This document shows positions 17,591 to 26,047 of a stretch of 64,000 nt of DNA, in pieces. The stretch comes from an uncultured Microthrixaceae bacterium (lineage in GTDB: Bacteria > Actinomycetota > Acidimicrobiia > Acidimicrobiales > VFJN01), in contig OY970242.1 in NCBI GenBank assembly GCA_963715505.1, positions 1,804,836 through 1,868,835 on the forward strand. The letters run 5' to 3'. The translations under genes were made by a program, and so were the position numbers. The notes beneath the pieces were generated by a model. That model did no database searches. It saw nothing but the letters and a program-made list of their open reading frames with translations, and was not told where the DNA came from. Position 1 is the stretch's first letter. Every line of letters starts with the position of its first letter.

Positions 17591-17724
17591 CCGACGGGGC
17601 GGTGACCGGGCGGCTTTGGCGGACGGTCCGGGCGGGGACGATCCGGTGGGGGTCCCGGTCGGTCCGGCGGTGGGCCCTGGCCGGGCGTGTCGTCGGGCTT
17701 GCCGGGCTCATCTGGCTTCGGCAT
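17587..17724 (-). CDS. 45-aa proline-rich small ORF ending in Gly, translationally coupled to the E2-E1 gene
   Basis: ATG 17724 lies 5 nt after GGACAGGAGG. The product is MPKPDEPGKPDDTPGQGPPPDRPGPPPDRPRPDRPPKPPGHRPVG. Its stop TGA overlaps the GTG start of the E2-E1 gene (GTGA). Coding status is unproven. Confidence 0.35.
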   Translation of the reverse strand: MPKPDEPGKPDDTPGQGPPPDRPGPPPDRPRPDRPPKPPGHRPVG

Positions 17725-17898
17725 CACGGCCTCCTGTCCACAGCCGTCGCCCACGACCTGTGGACGAATGACACGGCTGTGATTCAGGATACCGGTGGGG
17801 TGTGACAAACGGCCCTTGGGTCAGCCGTGCGCAGGAGTCGGAGCTGCCCTATGAGAGCGCACCGGCACTCGCGCCGAGCGCCGATCTTGCTGGCGACG

Positions 17899-20337
17899 TC
17901 AGGTGACGTCGGCGAGGTTCAGCAGCGCCTGCCAGGAGCCGGCTGCGCCCTTGATCGCGGACTCCGTGGCGAACAAGTAGCGCCAGGTGTCGGGCGCGTC
18001 GCCGGAGTCGTTGACGTGGCGGACCCAGCGCTCGGCCGCCTGGCGCTTGACGATGACGTCGTCGTCGGTGGCCGCGGCGTCTGACTTGCCCTCGATCAGC
18101 CAGTGCACACCGTCGGTGTCGGCTGCGATGAAGTCGGCGTAGTACGTGCCGCCCTCGTAGGCGATGCGGGCCTCGTGGTGGGCTTCGATGCGGCACCACC
18201 ACGCGATCGCGTCGTCGGTGTCGAGGATCTCGGCGATGGCGAGCTCGGTGGACTTCGCGTCGAACCGGGCGACCGGCAGCACGTTGCGGTTCCAGCCGCC
18301 GTACCAGCGGTGCGCGACAAACGGGGTCGTGCGGTCGAACACCTCACCGGGGAGGGGCTCGCCCACGCGGGGGTAGTCGACCAGCTCGACGCGCTCGACG
18401 GTGCTCGATGGACGCCTGAGGTGCTTGACCCGGACCATGGCGAGGAACGCGTCGACCGCCGCCTGGACCCGCGCCTCCCCCCACGTGGTCGACGACTCGG
18501 CCGTCACACCAGCACCCTCGAGGAACGCTTGTGTCAGTCGGCTGACGGCCCTCGACTCCTTCTTGCTCCGCTCGACGTACCGGGAGTCGAGGATCTTGTG
18601 GCGCAGCCGCTCCCGGAGGTCGTCGAGCCCGAGCTCGAGCTGGGTCGCCTCCACCACGTCCTCCGCCGCCCGGGTCGACACACGTACGCCCTCGCCCGTG
18701 CCGTCCTCGACCCGTTCCATGTCGACCAGCTCACGCTGGAGGGTCGCCGCGATCTCGGTGGTGAAGCGCCGTCCCAGCTCCTCGGCCTCGCTGCTCTCGA
18801 CGTCGGAGAGCGTGAACGCGACCGGCCGCAGCGTCGCCGTCAGGACCGGGAAGCGGAACTGTGGTGCACCTTCGACGAGGTGCATGTCCTGAGCGAGCTG
18901 CTGCATCTGCTGCTGCGCCTCGTCGATCCGCGTCTCGGCGTCGATGATCTCGAGACCCAGCGCGAACCCCTCCTCGGACGCTTCAGCACCCGAGGGCCCA
19001 GCAGGCGAGACCACCGCGTCAGCGCGGCCCGCTCCATCGCCGGCCTCTTCCGCGCCGGCAGTCGCCGTCGAGACGTCGACGAGCTGCGCCTGGCGCTCGG
19101 TGAAGAACGCCTCGAGCATGACGCCGGCGTCCGCGAGCAGCTCGCGGAACCGGCGGTGCGAGAGCACCTCGACCGTGTCGAGCATCTGCTGGCCGGTGCG
19201 CCTCCCGAACGGCAGACGCAGCCCGCGGCCGAGGATCTGCTCCGACAGCGCCTTGGACTCCAGTGCCCGGGTCGTGGCTACGACGTAGATGTTCTTGACG
19301 TCCCAGCCCTCCTGCAGCATCTGGACCGAAACGACCGCCCGCACGGGCGACGCCTCGTCCTCGATACCGTCGAGAGCCACGAGAGCCTCCTCGGGCGCCT
19401 CGGAGGTGATGGTCAGCACGGCGTCGCTGGAGCCGAGGTACTCCGGCCGAGCGAGGAGCGCTGCGAGGTCGTTCGCCTCCTCGATCGTCTCGCACACCAG
19501 GAACATCACAGCGCGCACTGGGTCTCGACCGGTCGAGGCGGTCCAGGAGTCGATCGCCTGCTGCTTCGTGTCGAGCAGCCGGACACCGTCAGCCAGGATC
19601 CGGTTCAGATCACTGGTGCCGTCACGCCGTCCGACGAGCACGGGGATCTTCACGAACTCGTCCGCGATCGCCTCCGCGAGCGTGTACTTGAACACGATGC
19701 TCTCGGGGTCGGTCTTCTCGTTCGGCGTGGCGGTGAGCCCGATGAGCGCCAGCGGGTGCAGGTCGCGGATCGAGCGGGAGAACTGCGGACCGAAGTACAC
19801 GTGGTGCTCGTCGGCGATCACCACGAGGTCGTCGAGGCCGGCCAGGTGCTCGTAGAGGCTGGCGCCAAGGTTCTCGTCGTAGTCGCGGGTTCGGCGCCGC
19901 ATCTCGCCGCGCGGGCGGAGCAGCTGCTGCACGTTGAACAGGTACAGGAGGTTGCGCTGCCCCTCCCCCACTGCCTGCGCGACTCCACCCCGCTGGAAGG
20001 TGTCGACGGTGACGATCTCAGGCCGCGACTCCAAGCCCTCGACGTACTTGCTGTCGCCCGGCGTGAAGTTGCGCCGCGTCTTGGCGAGGATCGCCGTGCG
20101 ATGGCACACGACCAGCACGTTGTGGTGGCCGGACGCTGCCAGGTAGTCGACCAGCCCTGCAGCGATGTACGACTTGCCGGTCGCGGTTGCCAGGTCGCAG
20201 ACCAGCTCGATGCCCCTGTCCTCGGCCTTGCCGAGTTCCTTTGCCACGGCGTCCAACGCCCGCCGGTTCGGCTCGCGCAGATCGAGACGAGCCGCGATCT
20301 CCTCCACCAGCTCGGGCTGGTACTCGACGAGGCTCAC
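17899..20337 (-). CDS. res: type III restriction enzyme Res subunit (SF2 helicase plus PD-ExK nuclease)
   Basis: Walker A DLATATGKSY and DEHH box IADEHH are present. The C-terminal region reads YADFIAADTDGVHWLIEGK. The start overlaps the mod stop by 4 nt. Confidence 0.9.
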   Translation of the reverse strand: MSLVEYQPELVEEIAARLDLREPNRRALDAVAKELGKAEDRGIELVCDLATATGKSYIAAGLVDYLAASGHHNVLVVCHRTAILAKTRRNFTPGDSKYVEGLESRPEIVTVDTFQRGGVAQAVGEGQRNLLYLFNVQQLLRPRGEMRRRTRDYDENLGASLYEHLAGLDDLVVIADEHHVYFGPQFSRSIRDLHPLALIGLTATPNEKTDPESIVFKYTLAEAIADEFVKIPVLVGRRDGTSDLNRILADGVRLLDTKQQAIDSWTASTGRDPVRAVMFLVCETIEEANDLAALLARPEYLGSSDAVLTITSEAPEEALVALDGIEDEASPVRAVVSVQMLQEGWDVKNIYVVATTRALESKALSEQILGRGLRLPFGRRTGQQMLDTVEVLSHRRFRELLADAGVMLEAFFTERQAQLVDVSTATAGAEEAGDGAGRADAVVSPAGPSGAEASEEGFALGLEIIDAETRIDEAQQQMQQLAQDMHLVEGAPQFRFPVLTATLRPVAFTLSDVESSEAEELGRRFTTEIAATLQRELVDMERVEDGTGEGVRVSTRAAEDVVEATQLELGLDDLRERLRHKILDSRYVERSKKESRAVSRLTQAFLEGAGVTAESSTTWGEARVQAAVDAFLAMVRVKHLRRPSSTVERVELVDYPRVGEPLPGEVFDRTTPFVAHRWYGGWNRNVLPVARFDAKSTELAIAEILDTDDAIAWWCRIEAHHEARIAYEGGTYYADFIAADTDGVHWLIEGKSDAAATDDDVIVKRQAAERWVRHVNDSGDAPDTWRYLFATESAIKGAAGSWQALLNLADVT

Positions 20338-21923
20338 GGCAGCCGACCGCCCACGAGGTCGTTCGGAGCATGGCGCAGCTTCGACCCAGGAGACAGCTCC
20401 CGGAGTCGAGCCGTAGCGCCCTCGGCGAAGACCTTGGCGACGATCACCATCCGCTCGCCCTCATCGAGCAGGCCGGCCAGGTGCTCCACCTCCGGGGGCC
20501 CGACAACACCGTCGAGCGCAGCGAGCAGTGTCCGACCCTTGCGACCGACGAAAGGTCCCGAGCGCTCCTCCGGGAAGCCGAGGTGCGCGGCGCACGCGAG
20601 CGCGAAGCGACCGTTGCCGGCATCCGCCATGTACACGTCGCCCGTCTCAAGATCGAGATCGAACATCGACGGCCCCACCTCGGCCACGACGAAGCCGCCT
20701 CCGCCCTTCCACTCGACGTCCTCGCTGATGCCGCCGGGATCCTCGCCGTCGACGACCTTCGTAAGCCGCGGGCGCGCGTACTGCTCGATCGTGTCCGCCT
20801 CGCGCTCGACCGCCACCCACCGGCGACCCATCTTGTGTGCCACCGCCGCGGTGGTCCCGGACCCCACGAAGCAGTCGAGCACGAGGTCACCGGGGTCCGT
20901 CGCGATGTGGACGATCCGCTGCAGCAGCCGTTCTGGCTTGGGAGTAGCAAACACGTCGCCGAGCAGCGCCCGCACTTCCTCCTTGCCGTTTCTGACGAAG
21001 CCCACCTCCTCCGGCGGCCAAACCGATGCGACCACCCGGCCACCCCGGACCTCGCTCAGGTACCGCTTGACGTACGGGCGACTCCCACCGTCAGCCCCCC
21101 AGTAGATCCGGCCCTCTCGATCGAGCCTCGCCAGCTCCTCTTGAGATACCCGCCAGTAGCTACCCGACGGCGGTCCTTCGATCACGCGGCCGGAAGGCGT
21201 TGTGACGACGTACAGCCCCTTCGAGTAGTAGTTGCGTGCCGCGAGATCTCCTCGCCGCCACGGGCCTCGCGGATCATCGTCAGGGTTCGTGTAGGCGCTG
21301 TCCATCCCCTCGGTGCGCGGAAGCTCGTTCGTCCTGAGGCGGCCAAGGTCCATCGCATAGACGAGGATCGAGTCGTGGTCTCCGGACACGAATCGTGCGG
21401 TGTTTCGAGGATCGTTTCGACGACGCCAAACGATCGTGGCGACGTAGTTGGACGCGCCCAGGACCTCGTCCATGACGCACCGGCACCGATGGACCTCAGC
21501 ATCATCGAGGTGCACCCACACGGATCCATCCGGCGCGAGCAGTGGGCGGATCTGCTCGAGGCGATCGCGCAGCATCGAGAGCCAGACGGAGTGCTCGAGG
21601 TTGTCGTCGTAGTTGGCGAACGCCTGCCCCGTGTTGAACGGCGGATCGATGTACACCAACCGCACCTTGCCCGCGTACGCCTCGGCAAGTTCAGGGATGC
21701 GGTGAAGCGCCGTGAGCGCGTGCAGCGCGTCACCATGTATGAGCAGGTTCGGACGCTCGACATCGATCTCGCCGACGCGGTCGACCTCGTCGATCAGGCG
21801 GACCTCGGTCACGCGGGGATCGGCCGGGTCGACCCACTCGTAGCCGCCCTCAGCGGTCGTGTGGAGGCGCTTGTCCTTGTTGGTCCATGTGAGCTCGAGC
21901 CGTCCGCTGTGCGTCATCACCAT
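20334..21923 (-). CDS. mod: type III R-M Mod subunit (beta-class N6-A/N4-C DNA methyltransferase)
   Basis: Shows LELTWTNKDK and motif IV LVYIDPPFNTG, then motif I VLDCFVGSGTTAAVAHKMGRRW after the TRD. Start set at MVMTHSG (cat 21921-21923). The longer track ORF opens at 22301. Confidence 0.9.
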   Translation of the reverse strand: MVMTHSGRLELTWTNKDKRLHTTAEGGYEWVDPADPRVTEVRLIDEVDRVGEIDVERPNLLIHGDALHALTALHRIPELAEAYAGKVRLVYIDPPFNTGQAFANYDDNLEHSVWLSMLRDRLEQIRPLLAPDGSVWVHLDDAEVHRCRCVMDEVLGASNYVATIVWRRRNDPRNTARFVSGDHDSILVYAMDLGRLRTNELPRTEGMDSAYTNPDDDPRGPWRRGDLAARNYYSKGLYVVTTPSGRVIEGPPSGSYWRVSQEELARLDREGRIYWGADGGSRPYVKRYLSEVRGGRVVASVWPPEEVGFVRNGKEEVRALLGDVFATPKPERLLQRIVHIATDPGDLVLDCFVGSGTTAAVAHKMGRRWVAVEREADTIEQYARPRLTKVVDGEDPGGISEDVEWKGGGGFVVAEVGPSMFDLDLETGDVYMADAGNGRFALACAAHLGFPEERSGPFVGRKGRTLLAALDGVVGPPEVEHLAGLLDEGERMVIVAKVFAEGATARLRELSPGSKLRHAPNDLVGGRLP

Positions 21924-22241
21924 CTCGTCGTCGCCGCCGCACCGGGATGGTACGCCGCGTGCGGGGTGGCTTCGGGTGACGCAACACGAAGCCTGGCTGC
22001 CGGGGCGCCGCCACAACGGCGCCCCGGCGTGCGGGTGATCGATGAATGTCAAGGATCCAGGGGACCAGTTGCGGATGCAGTGCTGGCCGGTCCAACGCAT
22101 CGTCCAGCGTCTGCCCTGTTGTGCAACACGATCGTCCCAGCCATGGCTGGGACGATCCCCGCGATCGCTCGCTATCGCTGCTCGGCGGTGGTCACCCTCC
22201 CTCTCGGGCGGCACGGTGCCGTCACACGAAGGGAGGCTGAG

Positions 22242-22727
22242 ATGCCCGATCAGAACGATGAGCTCGAAGGTTCCGACAACCAGGCAGACCCGGGTGAGCA
22301 CGCAGCCGAAGGTCCGCAGGACGCGGAGGAGCCGGCGGGAGCCGACGACGCGGGCGAGAAGGCGGCGGAACGGGGATCAGCCGACAGCTCCGAAGAGGTG
22401 ACGCCGGAGCAGGGACCGACCGACGACGCCGACCTGATGCCGATGCCGCTGGAGAACCGGCAGGTGCTCGGCGAGCTGGTGGTTCACTACGCCAGCCGCG
22501 ATGTCACCCTGCTGCTCGACGGCGAGGCCGCCGTTCGGATGCTCACGATGTTCGCTCGGAGGAGGGAGGGCGGTCTGGGGGATCATCTTCATCCGCAGCT
22601 GTCCTCTGCTCGTGCAGGGTGGGTCGTACTCGATCTTGGAGAGCCGTTGGCGATGAGCTGGATGCCGGGTCTTCCGACTCGCCAGCCCCGTACGGTGATC
22701 GATCCGGCGATCCCGAACGCAGCCTGA
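22242..22727 (+). CDS. hypothetical protein with strongly acidic disordered N-terminal half
   Basis: ATG 22242 follows GGGAGG (22231-22236). The N-terminal about 70 aa are rich in D/E (MPDQNDELEGSDNQADPGEHAAEGPQDAEEPAGADDAGE...). Divergent from mod. Confidence 0.45.
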   Translation: MPDQNDELEGSDNQADPGEHAAEGPQDAEEPAGADDAGEKAAERGSADSSEEVTPEQGPTDDADLMPMPLENRQVLGELVVHYASRDVTLLLDGEAAVRMLTMFARRREGGLGDHLHPQLSSARAGWVVLDLGEPLAMSWMPGLPTRQPRTVIDPAIPNAA

Positions 22728-22817
22728 TCGGAGGGGGTCGTCGCTACTCGGGCGGCGGCCCCCTGCGCTTCGAGACAGTGAGTGCACTGAAGTGCAAGGC
22801 GCGCACCGTCCGGTGCG

Positions 22818-23156
22818 ATGCGACGCCCGGGCGCCAACCATCTCGATCGGCAGCGACGCGGCCTGCCACGGGACTACCTGGCTCGCCCGGAGGCGTTCGG
22901 GTTCGATCTCTCCTGTCCGCTCGTCATACGGAGGGGTGGGGACGAGACATCCGCGGAGGTTGCTCGCGTCCAACACGAGCTCATCGCTCGGTGGCGAGCG
23001 CAGGGCATGCGGCCGAGTGGCGCGCAGATCGCGCGGCGGTTTGCGTTCTCGAAGCAGACCTGGAGCCGAACGGCGCTCGGTCAGCGATGGATGGGCGAGA
23101 CGCTGCTAGTGGCGCTGATCCACGCAGTTCGCGCCGGCGAGCGAGCCTCGGCGTAG
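22818..23156 (+). CDS. small hypothetical protein, possible HTH DNA-binding
   Basis: The C-terminal RPSGAQIARRFAFSKQTWSRTALGQRW resembles a helix-turn-helix. It lies just upstream of the transposition operon. Confidence 0.35.
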   Translation: MRRPGANHLDRQRRGLPRDYLARPEAFGFDLSCPLVIRRGGDETSAEVARVQHELIARWRAQGMRPSGAQIARRFAFSKQTWSRTALGQRWMGETLLVALIHAVRAGERASA

Positions 23157-23265
23157 CCGAGCCCACCAGGCGATCCTCGCCCGGGAGGGCATCGTGAGCT
23201 GCCGCGAGCGGGATCGTGGTGTGCCGCGACTGCGCCACGGCCCACAGCCCGGACCGGTCCCGGGC

Positions 23266-23790
23266 ATGTTCGATCTCGACGAAGAGCTTGCCCGTTCATC
23301 AGACATGGGACGGATCGCCCATGCGGTGATCGCCGTCCTGGCCGCCACCACACGCTGTCCCACCCTCGGACAGGTTCAGCAGCTGGTCGATGAAGCGCTC
23401 AGTGGGTTCGCGCCCATCGAGATGAGAGCGCACCGACAGAACATCCGAGGTGTGGTGCACCGGTACTTCACCCGGTGTCTGCCACCTCCCGAGTTCATCT
23501 TCGGTGGCGCCGAAGTCGATCTCGGCATCGGCCGGGCCGACCTCATGTGGTTCGACATCGACGATCGCGTCCTGGCCGACGAGGTCAAGGCGGGCAGCCC
23601 TCGCCGCGTCGGGCTGGCCGCCACCACCGATCAGGTCGATCGGTACCGGCGCGCCTGCCTCAGCGTGTGGGGCGACCGCTTCGTCGGCATCCGGCTGCTG
23701 TGCCCGACCGACCCGGCGAGGTCGTTGTTCATCGACCCGGCCGGCACCACGTGCGGCCTCACCACCACCCCCTACTTCGAAGGGAACTGA
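23266..23790 (+). CDS. PD-(D/E)xK nuclease, TnsA-like position
   Basis: GGAEVDLGIGRADLMWFDIDDRVLADEVKAG gives a D...(D/E)xK pattern. Its stop lies 1 nt before the transposase ATG. The track ORF opens at 23194. Confidence 0.5.
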   Translation: MFDLDEELARSSDMGRIAHAVIAVLAATTRCPTLGQVQQLVDEALSGFAPIEMRAHRQNIRGVVHRYFTRCLPPPEFIFGGAEVDLGIGRADLMWFDIDDRVLADEVKAGSPRRVGLAATTDQVDRYRRACLSVWGDRFVGIRLLCPTDPARSLFIDPAGTTCGLTTTPYFEGN

Positions 23791-23791
23791 C

Positions 23792-25279
23792 ATGGCCAAC
23801 AAGCCCAAGTACCTCCGGGCGGCGGCGGAGCGCGCCGTCGACGCGCTGGTCGACCACCACAAGACCCACGATGGGATCCCACGCGAACTGCTACGGCGCA
23901 AGGCCAGGGAGTCCGGCTACTCCGAGCGCCACCTCCGCCGCCTGACAATCGCCCGCCTCGGCAGCTCAGCCGGGGACGGGGACGGGGAAGAGGAAGGGCC
24001 GTTCTCGGTCACCGAGGAGGTCATCACGGCGGTCTTCCTCGCATGCGGATGTCTTGCCCAGGCGCGACGCCTTCTCGAGCGTGGGGGCAAGAGGGCGCCG
24101 TCGGAGAGCACGTTCAAGCGCAAGGTCATCAGTGCGCTCGGGACGGACCAGCTCGCCTACGCACGCAAGGGCTCGGGAGGGTTCCGCGACGCGCAGGCCT
24201 ATCTGGCATCCGAGTACCCGCACCGGCTCCACACGGTGCAGCTGGACCACACCGAGCTGCCCATCTGGGTCGTGCCCCGCGGCAGCAAGACGGCGGTGAA
24301 GCCTTGGATGACAGTCGTGATGGACTCCAAGACCCGGTACCTGTTGTCCTGGACGATCACCTTTGGACGCCCGACCGCCGACGAGGTGCGCGCAGCGCTG
24401 ATGAGCGCCATGACCATCCGCACGGCACCCGACGGCGAGACGGTGGTGGGCGGCAGGCCGCTTCGTGCTGTGTGGGATCGCGGCCTGGAGTTCCTCGCCA
24501 ACCTCATCACCGAGTCGTGCCTTCGCCTCGACGTGCTTCCGGTGGCCCTCCCTGCCTACTCCCCGCATCTCAAGGGTCGCCTGGAACGGAGCTGGCGGTT
24601 CCTCAAGGAGGACTGCTTGTCGCCCCTGCCGGGCTACACCGAGGGGCCCAAGGATCTGCGTGGAAACAGCGCCATCGCCAAGGCGGCCCTCGGCGAAGAC
24701 GAGTTCCTCATCGCCCTCGCCGACTGGGTCGACTGGTACATCACCGAGCACCGGATCGACGGAGAGCTGACCCCGCTCGAGCGGTGGCAAGCAGACGGAC
24801 ACCCGATCGAGGAGGTGCCGCCCGAGCAGCTCTGGGTCGACATGCTCATCGCCAAGGACCGCTGCAAGGTCTCCAAGAACGGCATTCGCTTCGACCGCAT
24901 CGACTGGACGGCCCCCGAGATCACCGGCGTCGTCGGCCGCCGAGTCGAGATCCGGTACCTGCCACATGACCGGACGTTCATCGAGGTCTTCCTCGACGGC
25001 GACCACCTCTGCACTGCCTATCCGCAGCAGAGCCTGACGGCGGATCAACAGGAGGCGGTGATCGCACGCCGAAACGCGCAGCGCAACGCCGCGAAGCAGC
25101 GGTTCACGACTGCCAACCGCCAGCGCAAGAAGAACGCCAAGGGCCCGGTGCACCGGCTCGAGGTCGACAAGAACGGCAATCGGCTGGTCATCGACACCCC
25201 CGACGACCTGCTCGACGGCACGGACATCGACCTCGCTGAACTCCTTGGCGACAGCGACAGCCAGCCGAGGTTGTTCTGA
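23792..25279 (+). CDS. Mu/TnsB/TniA-type DDE transposase (rve core plus Mu-transposase C-terminal barrel)
   Basis: DDE context: VQLDHTELPIWV, VVMDSKTRYLLSW and YSPHLKGRLERSWRFLKE. It also shows SKNGIRFDRIDWTAPE...VEIRYLPHD. Confidence 0.85.
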   Translation: MANKPKYLRAAAERAVDALVDHHKTHDGIPRELLRRKARESGYSERHLRRLTIARLGSSAGDGDGEEEGPFSVTEEVITAVFLACGCLAQARRLLERGGKRAPSESTFKRKVISALGTDQLAYARKGSGGFRDAQAYLASEYPHRLHTVQLDHTELPIWVVPRGSKTAVKPWMTVVMDSKTRYLLSWTITFGRPTADEVRAALMSAMTIRTAPDGETVVGGRPLRAVWDRGLEFLANLITESCLRLDVLPVALPAYSPHLKGRLERSWRFLKEDCLSPLPGYTEGPKDLRGNSAIAKAALGEDEFLIALADWVDWYITEHRIDGELTPLERWQADGHPIEEVPPEQLWVDMLIAKDRCKVSKNGIRFDRIDWTAPEITGVVGRRVEIRYLPHDRTFIEVFLDGDHLCTAYPQQSLTADQQEAVIARRNAQRNAAKQRFTTANRQRKKNAKGPVHRLEVDKNGNRLVIDTPDDLLDGTDIDLAELLGDSDSQPRLF

Positions 25280-26046
25280 TGGCCGACCTCCACCAGGACC
25301 TGGAAGAAGCCCGCGTCGTGCGCACGAAGGCCTTCGACCGGCTCGACGAGGCCGGCGAGTTCGTCGTCCCTCGAGCCGAGATCCTCGTCGTCGACGGCGA
25401 TCCAGGCGTCGGCAAGACCACGCTCACCGACGATTGGGCGAACCGGCAGACGATGCCGGTCACGACCGTCTCACTCCCGCCCAAGCAGTCGTCCCGCGAC
25501 ATCGTCCGCATGCTCCACGCAGCCGTGATGGCTGGCACCGAGGCCGACGACCTGCCTGAACGAGACCTCCAGGACGACCTCACCCGGCTGCTTGGCACCC
25601 CACGCGTTGTCGTCGTGCGCAACGCCCACCGCCTCAGCACAGAAGCTGCAGGACAGCTCGAGTGGCTCCACAGCACCCCGAGCGCAGCCTGGGCGCTGGT
25701 CCTCGAGGGCGGACCCGGCACCGCAGCCGCCGTGGAGCGCGATGCCCTCCTCCGAGGACGCATCGCGAGGAGCCTCACCGTTCCGGCGCTCAAGGGTGAC
25801 GAGTTGCTGCGAACCCTCCAAGGCACTCACAGCCTGTTCCTGGGTGCCGACATCGATCTGCTAGTCGAGATCGACGTTCGCGTCTGCCGAGGGGTGCTAC
25901 GTCACTGGGCGCTCATCCTCCGGACCGCCCAGTTCCTGCAGCAGCGCGCCCTCCAAAACGGACGGGAGGCACCGGTCCTCGATCGCACCTTCGCCAAGGC
26001 GATCGTCGCTCAACTGCCCGACGCGCTGAAGCGAAAGCGAGCGTGA
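25279..26046 (+). CDS. TniB/TnsC-like AAA+ protein
   Basis: Walker A is VDGDPGVGKTT. The Walker B position reads VVVVRNAH (no acidic pair). The start overlaps the transposase stop (TGATG). Confidence 0.7.
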   Translation: MADLHQDLEEARVVRTKAFDRLDEAGEFVVPRAEILVVDGDPGVGKTTLTDDWANRQTMPVTTVSLPPKQSSRDIVRMLHAAVMAGTEADDLPERDLQDDLTRLLGTPRVVVVRNAHRLSTEAAGQLEWLHSTPSAAWALVLEGGPGTAAAVERDALLRGRIARSLTVPALKGDELLRTLQGTHSLFLGADIDLLVEIDVRVCRGVLRHWALILRTAQFLQQRALQNGREAPVLDRTFAKAIVAQLPDALKRKRA

Positions 26047-26047
26047 C

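Noticed and set aside
18103-22727. Very long plus-strand ORFs (1000 aa and 846 aa) antisense to res and mod
   Set aside because: These are antisense shadows of clearly identifiable res and mod genes. Only the final 161 codons of the second (22242-22727), which lie beyond mod, were kept as a possible gene.
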